A stretch of 62,701 nt of DNA, filler included, from Nemertoderma westbladi (taxonomy: Eukaryota; Animalia; Xenacoelomorpha): NCBI GenBank assembly GCA_032718475.1. It is 3 parts of 3 records of this genome, joined end to end, with 100 filler letters (N's around TTAATTAATTAA, not from the genome) between each part and the next. Parts side by side here need not be neighbours in the genome. Positions count along the whole stretch, not along the records: positions 1 to 27,411 come from JAUCBJ010000913.1; 2 more parts are not named here. The stretch is one strand, 5' to 3'. Below are positions 1 to 12,308 of the stretch, in pieces. The first letter of the stretch is position 1; each line of letters starts with the position of its first letter. The notes below the pieces were generated by a model. That model made no database searches, was not told the origin of the DNA, and saw nothing but the letters and a program-made list of their open reading frames with translations. Position numbers and translations under genes: made by a program.

Positions 1-703
1 AGTTAAGGAATGTCTCGCAAAGTTTATTCATGGGATTTTTCAGTGAATCTAATTTCGCAATAAAAAAATGTCAAATTAATAGTGCCAAAACCCAGCATCA
101 CTCTGTAGAACCAATATATTATAAAAAAAAATGTAATATACTATATTAACACTGACACATTGACTTACCTACACATAGTTGCAACACTACAGTGTATACA
201 TGAGACATTGTTTCATAATGTTACATATCGAATAACACTATTACTGCTATATCTAGCACATACTCACAACAATCAATACCCTACATCTAAACATTAATTA
301 TCATTCCATCTTATATTCAAACGTAATTAACCTGTCAATATTGTACTGATAATGTATGTAGAACAAGTATATTATTATTATTAGTTAGATGTATTTCGTA
401 TTAATTAATATGCATTTTATGCTATCGAAATCATTAGAATAATTGGATCTCGTTGGTGGCATATGCTATAGTATAGAATTCAATGAACAATAATTTATAA
501 TTGATACTACCACAAGCTATTTGTAAACATCTGCGACCAGTTATGATGAATAAATCGATATTGAATAATTATTACTTGGCATTCAACAGCTATAACTCGG
601 ATATTTATCGCCTTTTTCTCTCGTGGTTGGATGGGAGAGTGAGTGGAGAAATGTGGGGAGTTATAATGGTCCCGAGTTCGAACCCGGATGAATATTTTGT
701 TAT

Positions 704-1011
704 CTGAAAAATTGCAAAATTAAATTTAGTTACTGGTGAAAAATAGTAGAAGTTACCTGTAGACACCCCTAGCGTCTGTAAAATAAAGGTTGGTGAAAAA
801 TTGCGATTTGAAAAATAGTAGAAGTTACCTGATGCTAAGTGTAGACACCCGAACACCTGTAAAATAAAGATGGGATGGAGGCTAGCCATGCATCGTGAGG
901 TTAGGCTATGTGAAGATGAATATGCAATGGTTGCGTGAAAAATTGCGATTTGAAAAATAATAGAAGTTACCTGATGCTAAGTGTAGACACCCGAACACCT
1001 GTAAAATAAAG
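704..1011 (-). repeat. Three imperfect direct repeats, each carrying splice-acceptor and donor-like motifs on the minus strand
   Basis: GAAAAATTGCGATTTGAAAAAT..AGAAGTTACCTGATGCTAAGTGTAGACACCCGAACACCTGTAAAATAAAG at about 795-869 and 937-1011, with a partial copy at 738-790. Confidence 0.7.
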
Positions 1012-1016
1012 GTTGG

Positions 1017-1180
1017 TGATTGGATGCAGTACTAGCGTTGGGTGACTAATAACGCCTCTAGCGGAATAAGCGGGAACTTGAGAAGTTGCCATGGTTACGG
1101 ATGAAATGCTGACATCTGATTGGTTGAAATAATAACGACCACTGCTAATGGTTGAAATGGTGGCTTCTGATTGGCTGCAG
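1017..1180. promoter_or_regulatory. Promoter-like motif cluster: three CCAAT boxes, an RFX X-box and an E2F-like site
   Basis: GATTGG(A/T/C)TG at about 1018, 1118 and 1169; GTTGCCATGGTTAC at 1085-1098 (X-box consensus); GCGGGAAC at about 1070. Confidence 0.4.
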
Positions 1181-1202
1181 TACCAGAAATGGATGGTAAT
1201 GA

Positions 1203-1544
1203 TGGGCTACGGGTGACCTTGATGCAGTTTCATACAAACATATACTACTTGCGTTTGAATCTAAAATTAAGGCTGGGGCTTATGTTGCAGTTCAATTTAA
1301 CAACTTTGTCTGTATTGGTGTAATTCTTAGTGTCCTGATGACTGAGGAAAAAAATGCAGAGGTCAAATTTATGAGAAAGAAGGTGTCCTTTGATGGCTCT
1401 GTGGTCTTCAAATGGCCAGATAACATTGATATATACCCTATTTCAAGGTCTTCAATTTGTGGAATTTTACCACCTCCAGCAATGTCTGGTCGGGGAATAT
1501 ACCAGTTTCTTACAAACTTGGACATTTTTGATAATATCAAATAA
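1203..1544 (+). pseudogene. Tudor/agenet-like C-terminal domain remnant typical of invertebrate DNA-transposon proteins
   Basis: The frame is open upstream of the listed ATG: KIKAGAYVAVQFNNFVCIGVIL...VKFM...FKWPDNIDI...ILPPP...GRGIYQF. Confidence 0.45.
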
Positions 1545-2581
1545 TTAGTATAGATAGTTAAATACCGGTACACTGAATTGTGAAACATAATTTTTAGCCT
1601 ATTATTAAAAAGAGTTTTCGTTATTAATTTTTATCACACGTAAATGAGGGAGGGTGGCTGGTGTTTGGATATGTAGTATTGTGAGATGATTTTACATGTT
1701 TAACTCTTGCCCCGGTGAAAGCATACATTCTATACTTTCACATTTTTGATAAGCCTAACATCCGTATCTGACACATCCGTATCTGACAATTGGAGTGACA
1801 ATCGAAATTAACAATAACAAGGCATTTCTTAATCGTTGAGAGGCAGATTTTTTTAGAATTATTACAAAATTATGCTTTTGTGACCTTGACAACTTTTCAT
1901 TACTTGTCATAGTAAAACCCCATAGATATTTCAAAAAGTTTAAACATATCTCAATTTTCCAGAATTATGGATTCCGTATCTGACAATTTAAAAACTGCTT
2001 ATAAAACAAACATAAATTGTTTAAGGCAAAATTTTATGAATGCTATATACTGGCTAAATAAGTGAGAATCAAAAAGGCATCACCAAATGTGCCTATCCAT
2101 CAAAAAAAAGTTGATAGTTGTAATATTTTTGTCATCAAAATTCCGTAACTGAATGTATTTATGAATATACCCTAAATCAATAGTAATTAGTGGGACTATC
2201 TTGGATTTCATCAGTGATATATACACTATACCATGCCAAAGTGGAGGATATGGAGAAGGATATTATAAAATGGGCAATCTTATTGAAAACTACACATTAC
2301 AGTTAACTAATTTCCAGTGGTGTATATGTTTCCCAACTTCTTTCAACAACAGTGATGTTTATTTCGTTTCTGTTTTATGTAATAGTCAAAATTAGATCAT
2401 TTATAAATTGAATTGTGTGATGTACCTGAGTAGGCCTGGACTATCAATGTATTATAGTGTATACTGACACTAATGTCTCAAAACTAGCTAGTCGTGAAAG
2501 AAACTGTCCCAAACTACACGATCGTGAGGTGAACTATTTTTAACCATTTGTACCATATTTGAGAAACATTCAATTAAGAAT

Positions 2582-4528
2582 ATGTTTTGCGTTGTTATAT
2601 TCGAATCATCTAATGATCAATCAACGGTGCATCATAACACTGTTGATATAGAGCAAACCGGGATCTGCTGTACTAATTGGCTTTCAAATGATGACACCTC
2701 TGTCTTCTATCCACGGAACAACATCCACAAAGCGCTTAAACATAATGTTGTCGCTCAAGATTCTTCTGTTGGTCCATGGGACTCATGGAAAATCAGAATA
2801 GTTCGCAACTCCATTACAGGTGAGATTTAAGTTGCATATTAATTATGTATTGCATGGTAATGGTAAACATCGTTTAAATTGAAATTTTTTAAATCACCTC
2901 ATGCCACTGATTGTATTAAACTTGTACAATGCCATATTTTATTAAAGGTTAACAGATAGGTAGGTCTCTATATACTTGTTTCCAGGTACAATAAATGTAA
3001 ATTCCAGTTCCCCCAAAACCGGGGATATCACACTATATACAGGAGGCGCTACCATTTTCCAAATTTATTTAACTCAAATGGCGGTCTCAAGCTTAACCCT
3101 AATTAAAGCTGCAATTTTTCCTTAACACTAATTTATTATGAAATTTAGTGGAATTTCGGACATTACCAATGTATTGTCCGCTGGTGTGAATATAGTGGTC
3201 ATTACGAAACGATTTCTACCGTAATAATTTGACGATAATTTGTCGCCCCCCCCCCCCCCCCCCATTCCCTGCTTGACGTCATTTATGGATAACCCCTTAT
3301 AATGTTACCTTATAAATTTGTTACAGATAACATAAAAAGAGTGAGGGAATTAGAGATTCTCGCGCAAGCAGAATCGGATTTATGTAACCACGTTCAAGTT
3401 GAGACCGGCAGAACAAGATATATGGGAAGGAAACGGGTCAATGTTCGATACAGCTCAGGTGACGATGCAGATGACGCGGACTCAGAAATACTGCCAAATA
3501 TAAATCCAAAAAAAGTTAGACATACGCGGCCTTCCTCTGCCCCTGCTCCTGCCACAAACCAAAATTGTTTCGACCCAGTTTCTTTCTTAAATCCACCCCC
3601 GATGGCGCAGGTGGTACCACCTCCTCCCCCATACTTTACAAGTGGGACTTTTTCAGTTAACGGGTCAACTGGTAACGATAGCCCGTTCTTCCCATTTACA
3701 TCTGCATCACCATACTCCTCTTTACAACCTGACAATTATGAACCACGAGATGTAGGTTCATTGCAGGAACCGATTATATCCGAATACACTAGCCCTATTG
3801 TAGCCAACCTCCCACAACCCAACTACACCACACTTTCCAGCTCAAATGGTCCAACCCCACAGACTTATAGTAGAGCAAATGTTTATAATATGACTACTAC
3901 CGGTACCTCAAACGCCAACTGTACTTCAAATACACAAAGAAAAAGATCCATAGAAGAGAATTTAGATACTGCCCGGAAATTATCAGACCAACAATTAATG
4001 GAACAAATATATGTCATGTCCTGCAAAACCAGATCCGATATATTTTCCCTCCAATCAAAAGTAGCCTCGCTTAAAGAACAAGTTAAAGACATAAACAACA
4101 AGATAGGAGACAATGCACCAATTACGTTTAATTCTTCAGGCGATTCTTCATTCCCACCTCCTCCAGCTGCCAATGAAGAATCACTTACAACCATCATCAA
4201 TCATTCCAACATATGCGACTTACTCAAACGAGAAACTTGTAAATCTTTAAAAAAAACGGTATCTAAACAATTACGGAGACTGATTACTGACGAATTCGCA
4301 CGTAAATCATCCATGACCGGAAGGTCAACTATAAATGGTTGCCCAGTCAAATATTCGCTTCAGAAACTGGGCGTTACCAATCTGCTATTTATTGTTAATT
4401 CTCAGAAATTTGATGGCATTACTATGGAGGAGTTGGTGGATGCCATGAGGAAAATTCATCACTTGATGTGCGATACAAGAAATGGTAAATGGATAATTAA
4501 ACAATATAATAACAATATAGTAAATTAA
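2582..4528 (+). CDS. Two-exon DUF4806/BEN-like protein (about 479 aa), an accessory-protein type of animal CMC-EnSpm transposons
   Basis: Exon 1 2582-2819 (MFCVVIF..NWL..FYP..W.IRIV) ends at ACAG|GTGAG. Exon 2 starts at 3327 after TTGTTACAG and joins in phase 1 (DNIKRVRELEILAQAESDL..RKR). Pro/Ser-rich middle, coiled coil, C-terminal LRRLITDEFARKSSMTGR motif; AATAAA at 4531. Confidence 0.7.
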
Positions 4529-4649
4529 TTAATAAATAAATAATATTTTTTTATATTTCAAATTACGTAATATTTTAAGAAATTTATCTTTATAAAATTT
4601 TATTTATAAACATATCCAAACCAATAACTGTTATAAAGAGGATATAATG

Positions 4650-4752
4650 CAGAGGTAGAAGAGGTGGAACTACTTGCGCCAGCGGTGGTGTATTTAAGAA
4701 TGAAATTGGGTCGAAATAACTTTGGTTTGTGGTAGGAGCAGAGGAAGGTACA
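4650..4752 (-). repeat. Inverted diverged copy of part of exon 2 (about 3530-3630) of the DUF4806-like gene
   Basis: Minus-strand translation PSSAPTTNQSYFDPISFLNTPPLAQVVPP versus PSSAPAPATNQNCFDPVSFLNPPPMAQVVPP. Confidence 0.8.
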
Positions 4753-5144
4753 TCGAAAAATGTTATACATACGGGGCGTATGTATAACATTTTTCGATGT
4801 ACCAGTATATATTTTACACTATTATATGTTACTAACATATTATATATAATATATTTATTGTTATTAATTGTAGCTGGACCCGTTTATACGTGGCGTAGTG
4901 GTCAGATGGTTAAGGCGTTGGTTGCATTACATAGGTTACGAGTTTGTATCCCAGTCGGGAAATTTGCATTTTTGATTCTAATAGGTTATCTAATAGGAGA
5001 TCAGTATTAGTATTGCTGTACTGCTCCACCGGTCGGCAATTAAAAGGCCTCTAGGCCTACCGGTATCTGGCAATTACTACTTATCAAATCTAATTAATAA
5101 TACAATATCGATACAGTTGTTTCAGAGAATACATTGTACTGGTA

Positions 5145-6026
5145 ATGGCGACTGGAAAAAAGGTGAACTTCCCTTGTTTAAAGTGTAACGAAAATGTAAA
5201 AAAGACCGATAAAGCTGTCCAGTGTTCTTTGTGCGACCAATGGGTTCATGCTGGGACTAATGGGTGTAACCCTGAGCTAGATGAAAACACTTATAACGTC
5301 CTTGTGCGACAGAAGCAGTCAGGTGGGTCAATATTCTGGTGCTGTATTTCATGCAGGAAATCGGCTGCTAAGCTTGACAAGGCAATCAAAGAGTTGGGTA
5401 GGCGACTAGATACAGTTGACGACAAAGTGGATGGAAACAGCAAACGGGTTTCGTCTGTTGAAGTCGATGTGGCCGATCTCAAGAAAAAGTTTGTAAATCT
5501 CGGGTCCACTGCTGCTTCAGTTCAAGAAGATGTAAAGACCTCCGTTTTTAGCGAGTTCCGCGATCGTGAAAGTCGCCGGTTGAACATTGTGATTTATGGT
5601 ATGGAGGAACCTCCTCGATCAATAAAGGAGAACAAACCCCGTTACGAGTTTGATCTGAAGTCAATAGATGAAATGTTTTCTGCCCTGCATCTCGATCACA
5701 TGGGGGCCAAAATTGGTGATTCGGTCCGATTTGCTAAGCGTTTGGGCCATTATGCCATAGACAATGTGCGGCCTCTACTAGTTGGATTTAAATCTGTTGA
5801 GCTGCGTGAAACGATCCTTGCAGAGTCCTTCCAGCTGTCGAAGTTGGAGAACCCTTGGAATAGTATCTCTCTTGTACCTGACCTCACCCCCCTGCAACGT
5901 AAAGAGGACTCCGACTTACGTAATGAAGTAACGAATAGGAATCTGCTAGGAAGAGTAGTAGCGATAGCGATGCGGGAAATTGGGTATTCAAGGTCGCAGG
6001 AAGGCGTGGGGAGCTACGGATGGTAA
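5145..6026 (+). CDS. LINE ORF1p: PHD finger, coiled coil and RRM-like domain
   Basis: CLKC..VQCSLCDQWVH..C..WCCISC; DRESRRLNIVIYGMEE; RLG..RPLLV; PDLTPLQR. Confidence 0.85.
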   Translation: MATGKKVNFPCLKCNENVKKTDKAVQCSLCDQWVHAGTNGCNPELDENTYNVLVRQKQSGGSIFWCCISCRKSAAKLDKAIKELGRRLDTVDDKVDGNSKRVSSVEVDVADLKKKFVNLGSTAASVQEDVKTSVFSEFRDRESRRLNIVIYGMEEPPRSIKENKPRYEFDLKSIDEMFSALHLDHMGAKIGDSVRFAKRLGHYAIDNVRPLLVGFKSVELRETILAESFQLSKLENPWNSISLVPDLTPLQRKEDSDLRNEVTNRNLLGRVVAIAMREIGYSRSQEGVGSYGW

Positions 6027-6139
6027 AAGTGTCGACCGGGCAGCGCGGCAGGCAACACCAGTACAACAAGAACCGATCCGACATGAACAGGGATCAGTCA
6101 ACACCAGCAGTGAGGATTTAACCTTCTCCGTCAATAGAA

Positions 6140-8455
6140 ACACATACTTATCCATCTTATATAGTAATGTTACTAGTATTATAAATAAAATAAACGAATT
6201 TAGATGTGTTATAGTCGATTTGGCACCAGATATTATTTGTCTGAACGAAACTTGGACTAATGTACAACACAATAATTCTGAGCTTGCTGTACATGGCTAT
6301 GCATTAGTTTGTAGGAAAGATAGATCTGATACTGTTAATGGTATAGGTGGTGGTTTACTTGTTTATTGTAAGTCACATCTGAATTCTGTAATAGCTGTAG
6401 ATACTGGGTCAATATTTTCAGAATTTTCTCAGTGTTGTGGTATAAGGATTTTAGGTAAACGACATATCACATTAGCTTTAGTCTATAGACCACACAATTT
6501 ATATAATTCTACCACTACAGTCACTGCTAATAATGCTATTTTGTGCGACTTATTGCGTAACTTACCTAGGCCTTATGTCGTATTTGGCGATTTTAATTTT
6601 CAGACATTGACTGGGTCCTTATGACTGGGAAAAACACAGAAAGTCGGAATTTCATTGGTTGTATTCAAGACTCATTTTTATTTCAGCATGTTGATTTTCC
6701 TACATATGATGGAAGTACAATGCCAGATCTCATTTTATCTAGCGAATCCGGATTAGTGAACTGTGTATCAGATAAGGTAAATTAGGTAGTAGTCGTCATT
6801 CAATTTTAATGGCGGACATTGGCTGTTCTGTGACTCCTAACTATTCCGACGAGAAAGTCCCAGACTGGCGTAATGCTGACTTAGCTAAACTTAGAACTAC
6901 TCTTGCTGCGGTTGATTGGGAGGAGGTACTCGATGGTCTAGGGACAGATGATGCTTGGGAGGCTTTTAAATGTCGTCTCCAGTCTGCACAAGACAGTGCA
7001 GTGCCGTTGAAACGTCGACGCACTGGCACTAGGCCAATATGGATGACAGGTAACATCCTTAGAATTACTAGGAAGAAACGACGCCTTTGGAAAGTGTATT
7101 CGACTGGCAAACGTTACACCCATCTTCAAAAGGGGTAGTAAATCAGAGCCAGGAAACTATCGGCCCATTTCTTTAACTTCTGTTTGCTGCAAATTGATGG
7201 AGGCCATTGTCAAGGATGCAATCTTGTATTATGTTATTTTGAATAACTTAATTATCAGCTCCCAGCATGGCTTTATGCCTGGTAAGTCATGCCTAACGAA
7301 TCTTCTTGAGTATTTAGAATGCCTAACCAAGCTTGTTGATGAAGGTCATTCTGTCGATGTCATCTACCTTGATTTCAGCAAGGCCTTTGACAAGGTCCCA
7401 CATTCTCAATTATTAGTTAAGCTAGAGGCACTTGGTATATGTGACAATCTACTACGATGGATAGAGGTATGGTTATCTGATAGACTTCAGCGGGTGGTAC
7501 TCAATGGTTCATTCTCTAATTGGGCTCCAGTTCTTTCCGGTGTTCCACAGGGGTCAGTTCTGGGACCATTACTTTTTGTAATTTATATCAACGACATCGA
7601 TAGTGCTATTGATACAGTTGGACACTTCATGTTTAAGTTTGCAGACGACACTAAACTCGGTGGTATTGTAAACAATGCTTGTGACTTAGGACAAAATTAC
7701 AGGCCGACATTGACAACCTCTATAAATGGAGTATAGACTGGCAGATGTTGTTTAATTATTCTAAATGTCACATTTTGCACTTTGGTAAACATAACTACGA
7801 CTTTCAATACACCATTTCAAGCCATACGCTGCAAAGTGTTGCCGTCGAAAAGGATGTTGGGGTGCACATCCACTCTTCATTAAAGCCATCATATCATTGT
7901 GCAGCTGCTGCAAAGAAGGCTAATCAGGTATTAGGTCAAATGTCTAGGAGCTTCCACTATAGGGACAAATCAACTTGGGTGCGTCTATACAAACTCTATG
8001 TTCGTCCACATCTCGAATATTGTGTGCAGTCATGGTCACCATGGCTACAAGGAGACATTAAACTTTTAGAATCAGTCCAGGAGCGGGCTGTTCGTATGAT
8101 ATCCAATCTTACTTCCTCGTCTTATTTTGATAGGTTAAAAGAGATTGGACTTCCATCCCTTGAATTTAGGCGTGACAGAGGAGACATGTTACAAACGTGG
8201 AAGTTTATTCATAACAAGACTGCCAGTAGTCCTAATACCTGGTTTAATTTGATGCAGGATATCAGCCAGCGTACCACAAGACTTGCCTCTCACGATCTAA
8301 ATTTCATTAAACCTCCTGCTCATCTAGACATTTGCGACAAGTTTTATAGTATCAGATGTGTCCGTAACTGGAACTCATTACCTGACAAGATTAAGAGTGC
8401 TACGACCGTCGACAGCTTCAAGTCTCTATATGACCAGCACATGTCCAACACATAA
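6140..8455 (+). pseudogene. CR1 ORF2 (APE endonuclease plus RT) with frameshifts and an internal deletion near 7105
   Basis: YSNVTSIINK, PDIICLNETW, GDFN; NYRPISLTS, QHGF, YLDFSKAFDKVPH, SGVPQGSVLGPLLF, FADDTK, VRPHLEYC. Sequence jumps from RRLWKVYS directly to ANVTPIFK. Confidence 0.9.
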
Positions 8456-8608
8456 ACTCTTAGACCGGTATTAATGTGTGTGCATATTGTTATTCAATGT
8501 TTATCACTGTATTGTGTATTTCTGTATTATTTTTTTCTTTTGGTTTTCTTGGTATCCTATATTTAACCTGTTAGGTTCCTTAGGATTATATTTATTAAAT
8601 TAAATTAA

Positions 8609-9390
8609 ATACTCATTGCTGGACCCTTTTATACTCGTTTATACTCATTGCTGGACCCGTTTATACTTGTAGCTGGACCCGTTTATACTCGTTTATACTT
8701 GTAGCTCAGTTGCTCAGGGGGTAGCTCAGTTGGTTGAGCGCCGGGCCTGCAATCTAATGGTTGTAGGTTCAGCCCCGCCAGGGTCCACTCAGCCTTTCAT
8801 CCACTGGGGTCGATAAAATGAGTACCAGTTAAATAACTGGGAGCAAATCTTGGGATAGGAGTAGCGCCCACCCCTACCCTCGGGTAGCAGCTATCGAAAG
8901 AGGAGCCTTCGGGTCGCCTCCGGCTTCGGCCGACTGTTTGCTTTTTTTTTTGATACTTGTAGCTGAACCCTTTTATACTCATTGCTGGACCCGTTTATAG
9001 TCGTTTATACTCATTGCTGGACCCGTTTATACTCATTGCTGGACCCGTTTATACTAGTTTATACTTGTAGCTGAACCCTTTTATACTCATTGCTGGAGCC
9101 GTTTATATTTATACTTGTGCTAAATTCGTTTATACTTGTAGCTGGACCCGTTTATACTCATTGCTGGACCCATTTATACTCGTTTATACTCATTGCTGGA
9201 CCCGTTTATACTAGTTTATGCTTGTAGCTGAACCCTTTTATACTCATTGCTGGACCCGTTTATACTCGTTTATACTCATTGCTGGACCCGTTTATACTAG
9301 TTTATACTTGTATCTGAACCCTTTTATACTCATTGCTGGACCCGTTTATATTTATACTTGTGCTAAATTCGGTTATACTTGTAGCTATTT
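8609..9390. repeat. Minisatellite of ~22-bp units (CTGGACCCGTTTATACTCATTG) with 10-bp sub-repeats; first unit stranded at 4870-4889
   Basis: Directly visible tandem array, interrupted by a LINE and a SINE. Confidence 0.9.
8707..8952 (+). mobile_element. tRNA-derived SINE with a Nin/Deu-type central domain and a structured tail
   Basis: GGGGGTAGCTCAGTTGGTTGAGCG (A box), GGTTCAGCCCC (B box), GTCCACTCAGCCTTTCATCC..GGTCGATAAAATGAGTACCAG, T run; ATACTTGTAGCT at 8695-8706 and 8953-8964. Confidence 0.8.
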
Positions 9391-10097
9391 CAAATTGTAG
9401 TCAAGTTGTAGTTAATTCTGATTTAATTAAATAAGCATACTAGCAATAAGCATTTTCATATTTCGATTATTCCGCTATAATATATTATAAAATTGGTTCA
9501 TAAAATTTCAAACGTTTCAACTAAAAAAAATAAATTTAATTATCATGTCGTTATTCAGGTACCTGCCCCCCAAATTTTTCTACGATATTTTATTAACTTA
9601 AAGTTAAGTTTTAAAGTTAAAGCCGTTAAAGCATGGTTATAGTTCTGGGAGATTGGGAGAGTAAACATTGCGTATACAATGCATGATAAAACCTGCGTAT
9701 TTACCGCTTTTAATAAGTGTAAAAACCAGGCCGGGAACCCAAAGTTGGTGGGCCATGGGAATGTGTTGCTTCCGGCGGATCCTCACGGGTCTGCTGGTTG
9801 TGGCCGTTTCCTAGGTTCCCAACGGAAGGTCCCAGCTGCAAGCAAGCATACCACCTGGAGATCAGCCGGCCAAAGGAACCGCCATGTGCTCTGTCGGACG
9901 ACAGCGCACGGGTTCCACCATAAACTCTGCCTGGACCAACGCCCTTTCCACTCTTTATCCGATTCATGTGCCTGTAAATTCTGTCACTCGCCCATTACAG
10001 ATAAATTCCATATCTTGGTCTGTTCATCTGCCCCATCTCTCGCAACCCTAGCAAACGTTTAATCTATTTATTTTATAATTTAGCATGTTCCTATTTT

Positions 10098-10430
10098 AGT
10101 CTCGATATTTTCTTACTCTCGATATTTTTACTCTCGATATTTTACTCTCGATATTTTTTTACTCTAGGTATTTTTACTCACGATATTTTTACTCACGATA
10201 TTTTTTACTCTCGATATTTTTACTCTCGATATTTTTTACTCTCGATGTTTTTACTCTCGATATTTTTTTTTCTTTTTTACTCTCGTCGGTGTTTTTGTTC
10301 TCGATATTTTTGCTCTCGATGTGATATTTCTTTTGAACTCGCGATATTATCAATATTTTCATATATTTTCGATATTTTCAACACTCGATATATTTACTCG
10401 CGTTATTTTTACACTCGATATTTTCCATGT
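10098..10430. repeat. Degenerate 14-17 bp tandem repeat (CTCTCGATATTTTTA), probably the subterminal array of a MULE/foldback element
   Basis: About 18 visible copies. Confidence 0.7.
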
Positions 10431-10639
10431 CTCAGTGTTTTTTTTCAGTGTGGCCTTACTTTACAATACTATAACATTAATCCATTTAGATAATTAATTT
10501 TCAATTTTATCATCGATTCATGACGTGTGTAGTTCCTATTTATTGAATTTATTGAATATATTGAAATGATTAAATTTCCCAGTTGCCCCGCTTGGGGGCG
10601 TAATGATTTAAAAAAAAAAAAAAAAATAAGCGTAAATAG

Positions 10640-10921
10640 TGTGTAAAATGTGAGTAAACATTGCATATACGATGCGTAAAATCTGCGTATTTCTCACTTG
10701 CAATTGTGCGTTTTTTGAATGTTTATTATGCATATAAACCACCTGCGAAAAATATGCGGTATAAACACACAAAAAAAGTCAAAGCGCGTATTAAACACGT
10801 GCGTTTCGCACATTTCACACCGTCACATTTTCTTTTGTTCTCCGCACTAAAAACGCAAAGCGAAACGCACGCGTATCGCACTAAATACGCACTGCGGAAA
10901 ATGTGCGTTTGACACACTGGG
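10640..10921. mobile_element. Probable terminus of a CMC-EnSpm-type DNA transposon
   Basis: Dense TGCG/CGCA subterminal motifs ending ...GCGTTTGACACACTGGG (CCCAG terminus on minus); similar motif at 9670-9712; DUF4806-like gene upstream. Confidence 0.45.
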
Positions 10922-11399
10922 TAAGCGTTTCAAAAGTATTCAATTGTATCCTTTGGCGAAAAATTTTGGTTGTTGCCAATTCAATTATGTTCAATTGTCC
11001 CGTTCAACAGCATTACATTACACTTGTACACATTTGATAAAATGTGTTCACAATTGTACAAATCTGCGTTTTCTGGTGGCCTGTACTGTATTAGCTACAA
11101 TAGGCGCAATGCAAATACCAGCTAAATTATTAAAACAATTAAAAACATACAAAATACATTAGATCCAGATGTTTCAAATTTCACATAAATTTAATGGGAC
11201 ATTAATTTTAATATTATGAAGTACCGGTACTGTAGGTATTCCGGAATTCCAGTTGTAACTGGTGTTCATTTGTCCTGTTTTAAATTATACGGGGTAGTAG
11301 CTCGTCATGTCGAGTGTCGACCTATTTTTTTAACTAAGGTTTTTTTAATAATTTTTAAAGTGGCAATACTAGCCAGTAGGCCTAGTTATCTTACTGTAG

Positions 11400-12308
11400 G
11401 CCTAATTCAATCGGAGTACTGTAATTTTAGGTAGCTATTGTTTTTGCTAGCATTTAGTAAAATTTTACTAGCTATAAAAAAAATTTATACAAAAATTGTA
11501 GTAGTTTTTATGAGTGGAAGGCATATATAATGAGCATCACATTGTGAAATAATTGTAGGAAAATGGTCTGCCAATGGATCAGGGGATGGGTACCACCATC
11601 AAAGAGTTAACCATTGCAGATATTTAGTTAATGAGGAAGGATATCACACACATTGAAAGACAATGGAAATACTACTACTAGGTCGAGCGAACTCGGACAG
11701 TGGAAATGAGATCCTTCCAGGCTTCCCGATTCTCCATAGTTGTCGCAATTTCGTTTCTCCCAAGTTCAGTATCTCTTTCAAGTTGATCTATATATGTTAT
11801 GGCCGGTCGTCCACGACTACGCTTTCCATGTGTTGGTTGCCAGAAAAGTAGATCTGGTATGACCTCGTCTATACTTCGCCAGCAGTAGTGCCAACTGAAT
11901 CTTAATCTGCGTTCACGGAGGGTGGTTGATACAGGTGGTATTGTACCATAAAGCTCGGCATTTGTCATGTGTTGTCTCCAGCTGATGTTTAGGGCTGCCC
12001 TTAGTAGTCTTGTGTAGCAACCATCAATTCGTTGTTCAAGTGATTTACAATGGAAATATCTGAAGTAAAAAATATTAGGAAGTAGAACGGAACGCGGCCG
12101 GACCTACTAGCTGCGGAATTTCGGTTCCGGAGGCTATACTAAGGCAAAGTTAGTATTCAAGTATATAATAGGACAGATTGCTAAGAAGTATTGTACTAAT
12201 GTAAACCAAGCTAAATAAAATTTTGAATAAAAATTTTTTAATTAGCTAGTAAAAATTTACTAGCTAGAAAAAATACTAGCTACCTAAAATTTATCATATT
12301 TAAGCCTA
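11400..12308. mobile_element. Foldback/MITE with long imperfect inverted arms, hosting an RTE insertion
   Basis: ATTTTAGGTAGCTA..TTTTGCTAGC..AAATTTTACTAGCTA (about 11424-11490) is inverted relative to TAGCTAGTAAAAATTTACTAGCTAGAAAAAATACTAGCTACCTAAAAT (about 12243-12290). Related motif at 56950-57078. Confidence 0.5.
11672..12046 (-). mobile_element. 5'-truncated RTE-clade LINE with a (TAG)n tail
   Basis: DGCYTRLLRAALNISW..LRERRLRF..LLFWQPTHGKRSRGRP..MENREAW; 12-bp TSD ACAATGGAAATA at 11660-11671 and 12047-12058. Confidence 0.9.

Larger units (their letters stand above)
4890..8608 (+). mobile_element. CR1-clade LINE, near full length, with a tRNA-like 5' head; ORF2 disrupted
   Basis: ORF1 followed by APE and RT, a 3' UTR and an (ATTAA)n tail. 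It splits a satellite unit CTGGACCCGTTTATAC|TCATTG, with ATAC repeated at 4886-4889 and 8609-8612. Confidence 0.9.

Noticed and set aside
8717-8790. Functional tRNA gene
   Set aside because: No acceptor stem closure; it continues into a SINE body with TSD.
9679-10062. GC-rich island with overlapping ORFs
   Set aside because: No recognisable domain in any frame.
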